Shown here piece after piece: positions 53,457 to 64,000 of a DNA stretch of 64,000 bases. Both the position numbers and the translations under genes were made by a program. The notes under the pieces were generated by a model that ran no database searches, was not told the origin of the DNA, and saw nothing but the letters and a program-made list of their open reading frames with translations. Each line of letters starts with the position of its first letter. The stretch's first letter is position 1. Origin of the DNA: Blasia pusilla (lineage: Eukaryota); contig CM114271.1 in assembly GCA_050084515.1 (NCBI GenBank), forward strand, positions 25,482,001 through 25,546,000, written 5' to 3'.

Positions 53457-53597
53457 CTAGTACACCCTCGTGCCCTTGTGATGCACACATGAAAAAATAT
53501 ATGAAAAACAGGTTATTTGTTTTTGTAAGTTATTAATTCCTCTTGTACACGTGGCGAGGAGGGGTTCCTAAACCCCATCCTCTTTTAATAATATAGA
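53457..53597 (-). mobile_element. 141-bp non-autonomous Helitron1-type element
   Basis: Minus strand reads A|TCTATATTATTAAAAGAG...GTGC-ATCACAAGG-GCAC (hairpin)-GAGGGTGTA-CTAG|T, i.e. canonical TC/CTRR termini in an AT target. Confidence 0.75.
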
Positions 53598-56500
53598 TTA
53601 GGTTACGGTGTCGAACTTTTATGTTGCAAATATCGGCCTCTCAAAGAATTGAAACCATGAATGAATGCATCCTCCGAGTTAATATGTAGATAGATAGTGC
53701 CCCATGAGTACCATTGTTGATCTACATCCAGGTACAATAAGAGTTGTGAGTTAAAGTAGTACATTAAAATTCAAAAAAACAAAAATTTGCTAGCCTAGAA
53801 ATCATGAATTCCAAAATGAATGTGTCCCTCAAACATACCCTATGCCAAGGGAAACATGAAACTTTGAGAAAGTACGATATTTAAAATGGAATATATCTAT
53901 TATTTTAAGCATCTAATTTTGTACATGACACCGTACCCTGCCGGGCCTGGCAACAATGAAATTTAATGGTTCGAATTGAGAAATATATTTATTATATATA
54001 ATCTAAAATAAACCCTTGAAGTCATCAAAGTAACGGCGCCATTTGAAGAGGCAATATCCTTGGGATCCCGTCTAAAATAATATTATCATGTTTCATCTAA
54101 GCCCCTTAAATTTCCAACATACAAACACTCAATAATAACTTCACACCGAAAAGGTTGAAGAAACTAAAGATGGGAAAAGCAAGAGAAGATTACGTTGCAA
54201 CAAATAATTATTTAAAAATTGTGATGATAACTGGGAGATCGATACTACCCATACTAAGGATAACGCTTGCTATAAATTTGGGATATGGATGACCCCCTCT
54301 TCATGTCGAGGAGGTCATATTATGGCGATCATTCCATCGCCTCCAACAAAAGACCACATACGTAGGAACAAGCTAAAGACACAAAGTTAGGAAGGGAATC
54401 TCCCATGACTTTATTTCCCCATTCGATATGCTTAAAATAAATAAAATATTTGTGAACTTCGGCGTCTTAAAAGATTCCGGTTAAAATAGTATTATTGTGA
54501 TTCGGAATTATTTACCTTCCATTCCATTGGCCGTGCAAAACGGCGCTTCTGTTTTCTTAATCGGATGTCGCCAATTTTGATGTTTTTAATATCTTTGGAA
54601 ACTAGAAAATTCCAAAGTTTCTTTTGCTAGGAGAGGGTGGATCGCATTTTTGTTATTCCCCATATTGATTTGCTTCATGTTCCCTCTTTTTGTTTTCGTT
54701 CTACTTTCCCATGATTTTGGTGAATCGTCTTGTGTTCTAGACGGGTGTTGTTTAGCCCATACTAAACTCAATATGTATGGATGTTGTTGTGGAATAATAT
54801 CAGAAATCCAAAATCTCCATTCATGGGTTTTTTCTTATTATTATTATTAGAGTGTAAGGTTGTGTTTGTATACGTGAGTAGTCCTCTTTATGACTTTTTT
54901 AATAACATTTTTCGGTTGAGTCACAACACCCCTTAAAAAGGAACGCAGATGAGAGGGTTGCACACTAGTTTAATAACTCTTGAGCTATTTCTTTTCCACA
55001 CAACAACAACTCATACCAATGTCAAAATGTATCTTTTGAGCACATATCTTTTGAGTCATAATAGGGTAACTCACATCTAGGCCAAGTTAGGAGGCCCCCA
55101 TATGTCTTGGTTATGGTGAAGCCCTGTCTATAGAAGCGGTAGCTAAAATTGGTGTGCCGTTCTTCTAAACAGAAATTTTTAGGAACCTCTAGAAAAAAGG
55201 TTTTTTGTCCTCCTTCGGATCATGTCATTTTTTAATAATGATAATTAGTAAAAAAAACTCACTCGTGTGAAGTGAGCAGCCAATCTTCTCTGCCTGGACA
55301 TACTCCCCGCGGGGGAAAATTGAGTTACCCTAGCCAATTAGGGATATGTGGAAATACTCTACAAATAAAATTTTCCCATTTTAATAAATGTATATAATAC
55401 ATATTTTATTCTAAAAATATTCCTAATCTATGTGTGTTAGAAAATATGTGTTTCCTTTTTACTCAAAATTAAGGTATTGACTCACGTAGAATATGTTCAT
55501 ACATTTCTTACTCATATTCCAAACGTTGTCCGAATGAAGATAAATAAGGGAAATGAAGTTAACTATATATAGTCCTCTAAACTAAATGTGGTTAAATTTT
55601 AATAACTAATACACTAACTAAGTACATGATGTGTAAAAACTAATAAGAATGATAAATTAATTAATATTTAACAAATAAATACATAAATTATGTGGAAATA
55701 AAAGTACTAGTTTTAATCAAAATCCCAATATGAAATTGAAAATAATGTTACTAGAAAGAAGAGAAGATCCATGTGGCCGATGCCTTGTAAAAATACGCGA
55801 GAGTCCAAATATGTGCAAATACAAAAGTTTCAAAGAAGAGGCTTATTGTGACCGTTTGAACAAACCCTACATGCGCAACATATTTTCCTTCTCCTTGCCT
55901 CCTCTTATGTACTCTCGCTTGTCTACTCGTGCTCCTTGAGCAAATCCGCTACGCTTGTTCATTTTTCAGAAGTGAGGTGTTTATTTGTATCAAGGAGGGA
56001 GGATGTGATGAAGTTTGAATTCATATAAGCTGTCTTGGATGTATTTGAATAGCTTTATGGCAAGTGTGTTTGTTACCGACGCTATTGCAACGCTTAGAAT
56101 GAAAGAAATGGTATGAGTTTGAGCATTTTGCGTTGTGAAAAATTGAAGGCTACGACACAAAGAGTTCTTGTCTCAAATGAGTGTATATTGTCAAGATAGG
56201 TGCGACTCGTCATTGTGGAAAATAGACTCATGTAAGGCTCACGTAGCTTTGGTTGTAAGCTACTTCCAAAACATATTATATTATCAAATTTGTGGAAGAA
56301 AATGTGAGGTCGCGTAGTAGAATGACCACCCTCATAGGGCAAATACTACATATGTTTGATGTTTTGCACTTTGTTTTTCTTTTTTTTTTAATGTGAGTCT
56401 GCCCTTATCTCATAACTAGAAAGACTACGCTTGTTTGGCCTTCCTTCATCCGCCCTCTCCAGTCTAGACACTTTTCATCTCCCGGTCATCGGTGCCTGTC

Positions 56501-57352
56501 TGCATTTTTGCTCTTGAGTATGTTCCACGGTTGAAGTTTATGTATTTTAGTAGATGGTCTTTTAGTCTTCTTTTTCAATTCCTTTGTCTTTTCCCTTCGC
56601 TCTTCTTTTTGCCTACCACTAGGACCATTGGATGACGTCCAATCGGAGATTAGTGTGGTATCTTTCTTTCACCACTTGTTGTGAGAAAAGAGAGGTAGGA
56701 GTATATTGGTTCGTCAAATTTGTCGGATCCATAGTCTTACAATTTCTTTGTCTTTCTTCTTCTTTACTTGTTTGTGTGGGAGGAGGATTTGCATAGGAAT
56801 TTGAATGGAAAGTGGCATTGAATGTTATAGTGATCAACATCTTCCACAAATTACGACTTTGGGGAATTGGGAGCTTGCTCGATCGATACGCAATCGATTT
56901 AAGAGTTTTCTTGTTGCCAGCATGGGGAGAGGTGTGGCGCTATGTAGCTGAGATTTTGGAATGGAAAAAAATATTGGGTGGTTGAAGAATCTGAATACAT
57001 CTTGTCCTCACTGTATTAGCATCAACACAAGCTTCATCCACTTTTTGATCCGACAAGTTTGCTTCAAAAGGTAAATGCGGTCTAATTCAAGGGTGAGGTG
57101 GAGTGGGCAAGGCAGTAGCGGGGTATACCACAGGACGCAATCCTTCAATTCTTTGATTTCACTTAGGGCCTCTATTTCTCTAAGCTTGTCCGATCCTCAA
57201 TCTCCTTCCCTCCCTCCGATTTCCTACAGCATCCGCTGATTTGACAGAGAGGCAATCAGCTGATTGATTTCTCTCTTACTGAGGCCGGCCTCTTTGATCA
57301 AATTTTCATTCATTAGCATCTCTAGTAATGTAAATTCATCCGTATATTTGCA

Positions 57353-57355
<3 letters not shown>

Positions 57356-57420
<65 letters not shown>
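57356..57420. repeat. (CT)n microsatellite
   Basis: Perfect CT run. Confidence 0.98.
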
Positions 57421-57422
<2 letters not shown>

Positions 57423-58419
57423 AAGATGCTTGAGAGTAGGATGGATGTAAAGAGAGATGCAAGGTAGAGAACGAACTCCTCAGGTTGTGGACTTGCAAGC
57501 ATGGATCCCGCACCTTGGTTGGACGGTGCTTGAGACGTTGCAAGATAGAGAGATAGAGAAAGAGGGAGAGAGTCTCACTCATTCATATCAAGTATCTATT
57601 CTACCTGATTGTGATCTCCAATATACATTTCTTACCAATAAAATATATTTTAATATGTGTCATAATTTTGATGTTACTAAAATTTCATATATCATCACAT
57701 GTTGTTTCTTTATTTTAATTGTGGAGGAGACTTATATATAATTTTGACAATCTTTGTCCTTGCACTTTACAGGTACCCTTCTTTCATAGAGGCAATTATG
57801 CCTCATAGGTTCTCGTAGTCCAAAGCTTGTGGAGGTTATGGATTTTGCACTCTCAAAGAGCTACTCTTTGTCATGAGAAATTCTCTTTAGAGTTGAGACT
57901 TTAGGGCATGTAATGACTAAACCTTTAACACACGGAGATGGGTCATTTGTTATTCTCACAACACCTTGTATTTGATAAGTTTATTTTTCAGAGGGTTTAT
58001 TTTGGTATTTTTTGTCAATAAGTATCATATCAATGTTGAACCCCCTAGAAAATGCAATAGGTTTGAGGAATGAATGTAGGATGTTGATTGTGTCAAACAC
58101 TTATGGTGTTACTAACTAGCTACATCAAAAAAATGCTCTTACTCCATTCTCTTTCTAATTAATGTTCAAAATATATATTTATATGTATGGCAAGTGGTTG
58201 GACTAGAGCAAGGAGCACTTAATAAGACACATTGATTACAGGAGTCGCATTTGCTCTTGGTAAGTAGCACAAGTCATAAAAGAAATCTTCCAAGTCAAAT
58301 TTTTGGTCATAAAATGCAAACAATAGGAAATTATCGAGATAGAGCCCACACCAATCCAATGTGCTAAAGAAGAGTCTCACTAACCCACAACAAATCGCAT
58401 CGCATGATAATAAGTTGTG

Positions 58420-59191
58420 GCAAAGAGAGAAGGAGGCAAAAAATATCCTTGGGTTGAAAAAAACTTAGATGTCTGTGTAATGAATGCAAAGGGATGAGAA
58501 TGAGAATGCTACATGTTATAGAGAAGCACCTTATAATGTATAATAGGTGATCTCCAAATGGAATATAGAAGAACATTAATGAATATGATTCATCAGATGA
58601 TGAGTGGAGGTCTGTTTTTTCAAGACACGAGAATATAAACATAGATGAGACTACTCGAGATCCTGGTGTTAATTGTAATATCAAGATATCCATCCCATCT
58701 GCCATAGATCTTGATGAAAATATAGAGATGCATAAGATGATCAATGAAGCCTTTCATCAATATGACTATGAACACATAGAGGAACCCCGTGATGAAGACG
58801 AACCAATTGCTGACATAAATGAAGATGGAACTCCTTTTGAGATAGAAGATGATGAACAAGAATTAGGATGTAACGAGGAAGATTGGGTAGTTGATGTTAA
58901 GACATTATATTAGGTTTTTCGCTCTTTATTCACGGGAAGTAGGAGTATGAAATTAGCGTTCAAAATGGTATTCTTGAATATTTGTGGCACCCACAACATT
59001 CCAAATGTTGTTGTTAATGATATTTGAAATTCTTGAGTTTACAAATCCTTCCTAGTAATAACCATATCCCTAAGAACCACTATTCATCGATGAAACTCAT
59101 TAGAAATCTTGGACTTAATTATATCCAAATCCACGCTTGGCCCAGAGGTTGTATGTTGTTTCAAGATGCATACAAAGGACTAATTGCATGT
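58420..59191 (+). pseudogene. CACTA (En/Spm) transposase N-terminal remnant, cut by the gypsy insertion
   Basis: LRCLCNECK...IEKHL (transposase-associated domain), an acidic linker, then ILPSNNHIPKNHYSSMKLIRNLGLNYIQIHAWPRGCMLF..YKGLIAC, matching the TnpD 'LGL.Y.KIHAC.N.C.L' motif. Confidence 0.85.
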
Positions 59192-59825
59192 TGTCGTGCG
59201 TATACACATCGCTACACAACATACATCGCTGTCACCGAACACACACACAAATACGCACGATCCCATGCTAACTCGTGGCATCCAAACAACGAGACAAGAA
59301 GTACCAATATAAAGTAATATCCAATCTCTCTCTACACAATCTCACACCATAGCTCTCAAAGGTGTGCTCTCTCTCTCATGTCAAACCAAACCCACTCTCC
59401 TAATGAGAGGCTTGGATTACACTCACAAGGCAAGGGACCATAGCTCCGCCGCCTCATGCCAAGAGGTTCAACAAAGAGAGAATGAGCTCTCAAGCTCTCT
59501 CTCCTTGGGATATATACCCTTCCCCTCTCCCAAGCTCTCTCCATGGTAACCTATTCTCCCAAGTCACCTCCTTGGCTCTTGACCTGATGTAGGAGGTCAA
59601 GGGCCACTTACCAAAAATAGAAAGTCGATCATATACTCAAAATGATACTTACCTAAAATATTAAGTTCCTCAATATGGCTCCAAATGAGCCAAAACGAGG
59701 GGAAAACCTGCTCTCTCAGGTTTCCCAGGGCCTCAGTAGGTCATCCTCGGCCTCCTAGGCCTGTCCTCCACTACTCTTGAAGACGCTCTACTAGATCTCA
59801 TCGATCTATCCTAAAGGACGTGACA
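59192..59825 (-). repeat. LTR family B, full copy (634 bp)
   Basis: TGTCACG...GCACGACA on the minus strand; homologous to 36868-37490. Confidence 0.92.
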
Positions 59826-59827
59826 AC

Positions 59828-59955
59828 TGTCGTGCGCATACACATTGCTACACAACATACACCGTTGTCACCAAACACACACACAAATACGCACGATCCC
59901 ATGCTAACTCATGGCATCCAAACAATGAGACAAGAAGTACCAAAATATCTCCAAT
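59828..59955 (-). repeat. Partial LTR B (3' 128 bp) directly after the PPT
   Basis: Duplicates 59192-~59320; separated from the full LTR by 2 nt. Confidence 0.88.
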
Positions 59956-60141
59956 CGCCCCCCTAGCTGGTGGTTAGGTCCCTCTAACTCCAGATAGCCA
60001 TCTATCCCTACCTACCATGACATACATCTCTTGGACGCTAAGAGCACGAAGGCCGGATGCTCATTTGGCCCCATCGTTAGTCGCCTTCCTGTCATCCATG
60101 TCAGAGAAAAAGTCGGGATCGAAACCTACCTAGTATCTCCT

Positions 60142-63100
60142 CTATGTACATTTGAGACACATCCATCGTCCCCGAGGAACCCTAGTGACAGGTGGTGTCA
60201 GACATGCCAGATGCCAACTTCTTGAACAACCATCATAGACTAGCATCGTGACCGCGCCACGGGCAGAACCACACAACATACAATGCAAGTGTCGCGCCCC
60301 TACTCTCCTTGAACGTCAATCTTTAGTGTTGCGGAAGCGTACGTTCAGTAGGTCACGAACTCATCGCTGATCTGCACCCAAACACGCACTCTCATTAGTC
60401 GGGTTTGGGCCAACCAGCGTTCCAACCCACCGAGTCCTCAACTCGGCGTCTCATCAAGCTCAACCTTCCTTAGTTCCTAGTTTCCAAAACATGGCAAGTC
60501 CTTCAAGACTTGGAACAGACTTCATGGTTAGTCCAGGGATCTGAGACGGCACTTGCGCGCCTAGCGATCCCAACTGTTCAACGGTCCTCGGGTGAGTTCC
60601 GAACCGAGACCCAAGTAATTGATTCGCGGGGTGGAATCCAAGAGGGATGTCTAAAATCGCCTCAATGGACTTGGTGCAGGTTTTCCAACCCAACCCCCAA
60701 ACTCGCGTTTCGTTCCATGCCCTTGAGCCGCCCTGCGGCGCCCAAAGTGGGGTTTGGGTTCCAAGCACTCTCGGAGACCTCCCCCCTTTCTAGTACTTCT
60801 GGGGTTCTCCAATAACCCCTCCCCTTTGGGAAAAGAGGGTCGGGCCCTTCATTGTGGCCCTCAACCCGACTCCACTTACAATCTTTTTCGGGTTTTATCT
60901 CGGCCGCTGCTTATGCGTTTGCAGCGATCTTTAGTGCGTTTGGACTGGCTCTCCATAAGCTTTCCAACGCATCCTTATTTTCTCCAAACGCATCTTGGCG
61001 CTAAAAGTTATGGCCATAAATACAGTCGGAAACTCTCAAACGCTAGTGGCGTTCCAAATCCGGATCTTTCCTTTGGCAACCCACTTCCTAGACTCGACTT
61101 CTTTCAAGTCTCATTCTACGTTTGGTCCAGGTTTCTTAGTCACGACCATAACATCTGAAATGTGACTCCTCGCTCGCGTCTCGTCTCTTGTCTCCTCTTT
61201 GAGACAACTCCAACGCGCAAACCATCTTAGCGTGAGCCCGCTAATGTTCCGATGTTCCGCTTGGCACTTGTTTGGTCATGAGGGTCGCGACACTGCAAGC
61301 CTACAGGAACTACTGCTGAGCTCGGATCCACTGTACGATCAATTTTAGGAAGGTGACATGGTGCACAATTACGCACATGGTCCTTCCATACCATACCATC
61401 GCGTTCCTCCACCAAGAGAACACCGGATGGCAAAACGTCACGCACTCTCAAGATAGTGCGCCCTGTAGTCACATCCAACGTCGACGGTGTTGTCTGTTGC
61501 AAGTAGACATAATCTCCCTGATGAAACCTCCGAATAGTTGGTTTGATAACCACCAGCCCGAATAGTCGCATACCTCAACGTATCCCGATGTTGTGCAATC
61601 GCCAAGTTCTCGAACGCCATGGGCATCACTCTCGAAACAACTCAGCCCTCTGAGAACATGCTCGCATCCATACATCTGGGTCATCAAGGTCCATCACCTC
61701 ACCAGTATCTCGACGAATGGCCGCAGGTAAATCTGGCTCTCGGCCATAAAGTAGCAAGTACGGTGAGAAAGACGCTAAGGATGCCTACCTGCTGAATGTG
61801 TATCCCATCGCCAACCAGGGAAACTGGAGGTCCTAATCTCCTAGGTGACCTCTTTGCAAGCCATACTTGCGTAAAACCCTCTTCACCGTCTACACAACTC
61901 TCTCCGCTAATCCATCCGCCTCGGGATGATCTCACAAAGTCGTACGATGGTCGATGAGCGCCTGATCACACAAGGCCTGGAACTCACCGCGAAACTCGGT
62001 ACCCTGGTCTATCAACACCTCAGCCGGTGCGCCATAATGACTCAGCACTCTGTCAAGGAAGGCATAAGCTACTCCCTCACTCTCTTTGTCAGGAAATACA
62101 ACCAACTCGATTCAATTCGAGAAGTGCTCGACCATCACCAACACATAACGACTATGACGCTCGTCAAAGGCAAAGGTCTTGCAAAATCCAAACTCCATCT
62201 ATACCCTAAGCCCATGATTGATAATGGATGCAATTGTGGAGTCGGAGTATTGAACGATGCTCGGACCCGATCACACACCATGCACTTGGCAACAAACTGC
62301 TGAACGTCATTCTGCATGCCTCGCCACCAATATTGAATCTGGAGCAAGCAATACCTCCGCTTCATCCCAAAGTCACCCAACTCCTCGTGGGCATGTTGCA
62401 CTAGTCGTGCTCTTAGCGAAGGATGTGGCACTACGCGTACTCTGCCATCCTCCCAAACCCTCAAAATATGTGTCACCTCCCAATGGAACCGTCTGGCCCG
62501 CTGTAGGATCCGATATCGCTCTCTAGCACCCACAGTGCTTGCAACGCTTCCAGTACAAAGGTACTCTAAGACTACTCCATCATCATGAATATCTCGGCCA
62601 CTTGTCGTCTCCTCACTTGCCTCGGGATCCAAGGACTCTCTACTAGACCTCGCCATCGAAGTCTCCACACTCTAGCTCTCCATAGCCAACATGCCTAAAT
62701 AGGCTGACGCGTGCCATCCTGGCACTGACTCCTCATCACTCTCTCCATGCCATCGAGCTCCAATCGCATCTCGTTGACTCGGGCATGGGTTAAGACTCAA
62801 CCCATCTACATCCTGGTTGAGCGTCCTAGGTCTTTGTACCACCTGAAAATCATATTCTTGCAACAATAGAGCCCATCTTGCAAGCTTCACTGTAAGCTTG
62901 TCGGACTCCATCAATCACTTCAGTGGTTGATGATCAGTGATGATGGTAAAGGGGTTGGCGAATAAGTAACACCTGAAATGTGCGAGAGCCCACACGGCAG
63001 CCAAGCACTCACCCTCATACGAGATGTACTTCGCCTCTGCAGCATTGTTCGAGCGGCTAGCATAAGCCACCACGAACTCTCTACCCTCATCATCATGTTG

Positions 63101-63993
63101 GGTGAGCACCGCTCCAAGCCCCAACATGCTCCAATCTGTGTGCAACTGGAAAGGACGCCCCCTGATCGGTCTCCTCAAGATGGGCGCGGACATCAACCTG
63201 TCCTTGAGCAACTGAAATGCTCGCTCCTGCTCATCCCCCCAATGCCACTCGTGATCCACCTTGGTCAACAAGGTCAGCGGCTTTGCAATCGAACTGAATC
63301 CCTTGACGTATTGCTGATAGAAGTTCGCCAATCCCATGAATGCGCGAACACGACTCACATCTGTAGGGCGTGGAATGTGTGAGATAGCCTCTACCTTCAT
63401 CTGCTGAACACCAAGGTCCCCTGGATATATCGTATGACCCAAGTACTCAATCTGGTCATAGAAGAACTTGCACTTGCCTGCATGTAGCTTCAGCCCATGT
63501 AATTACAATCGTCGAAACACCTCCTCTAGATGTCGCTCATGCTCCTCAACCGTGGCGCTAAAGACTATGATGTCATCAATATAACACCTAGAAAAATCCA
63601 GACCAGCCAAGATCCTATCCATGACCCTTTGAAACTCAGCCGGGAGTTCTTTAACCCAAATGGTAAGAACCGCCACTAGTACAAACAATCCTTCCCGTGA
63701 GGATCGATGCCCCAAAATTCCGTCTTCTACCTGTCCTCCAATTTGATAGGCAGCTGATGATATCCGGCTCGCAAATCCAATGATCTGAAGACCTTTACAT
63801 GACCAATCACATAAAAGATCTCCTCAAGGGTGGGCATGGCATACCTATAAGACTTTGTTTGTCGATTGATAGGTCGGTAATCCCCACACATCCGCCTATT
63901 CGTCCAGTTGCCATGCACATCCTTCTTGGCAGGCATAACATTGGCAGATGCATACTCCCCATACGACATCTCCACTAGTCCTGCTCCGACCAA
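60142..63993 (-). pseudogene. Gypsy pol (RT-RNase H-integrase-PHD), frameshifted and interrupted by a solo LTR A
   Basis: RMCGDYRPIN, LDLRAGYHQ, YIDDIIVFS, LHTDWSMLGLGAVL, SYEGECLAAVWAL, TDHQPLK, HAHEELG..CMVC, WSLDF. PHD at 60142-60288: CMLC...(C>Y)DGC...WHLAC...WMCLKC. Confidence 0.93.
60290..61292 (-). mobile_element. Solo LTR, family A (1003 bp), inserted at the start of the PHD finger
   Basis: TGTCGCGACC...GCGCGACA on the minus strand; flanks share TGCAAG; removing it restores VPVGLHCMLC. Confidence 0.92.
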
Positions 63994-64000
63994 GTCCAGG

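Larger units (their letters stand above)
59192..64000 (-). mobile_element. Ty3/gypsy retrotransposon (LTR family B) with C-terminal PHD finger; continues past the window edge
   Basis: pol on the minus strand; purine-rich PPT (CTAGGGGGGCG, ~59956-59966); 3' LTR region 59192-59955. Confidence 0.92.

Overview
Land-plant genomic DNA; intron style and TE content suggest a non-seed plant, probably a bryophyte (inference). Three intact spliced minus-strand genes were rebuilt by hand: an ATM/ABCB25-type ABC half-transporter (18 exons, 5665-13208), a DsbA/FrnE-type CPWC oxidoreductase (7 exons, 14994-17605) and an ETO1/EOL BTB-TPR protein (5 exons, 46864-50488). Between 18 and 43 kb lie two diverged, decayed Helitron2/Helentron-type Rep-PIF1 elements pointing away from each other. 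Both carry the same two spliced accessory genes in the same order downstream of the helicase. The first is built from three DUF3072-like 'PTxxQLxY...LTxxxAS' repeats and is the most novel-looking signal. At the right end, a Ty3/gypsy element whose polyprotein ends in a PHD finger sits inside a CACTA transposase remnant. Two related LTR families (8 copies or fragments) are almost all nested in other TEs. Other features: a gypsy RT/RNaseH remnant at the left end, a 141-bp mini-Helitron, an intronic higher-order satellite, hairpins and microsatellites. No tRNA, rRNA or CRISPR array was recognised.
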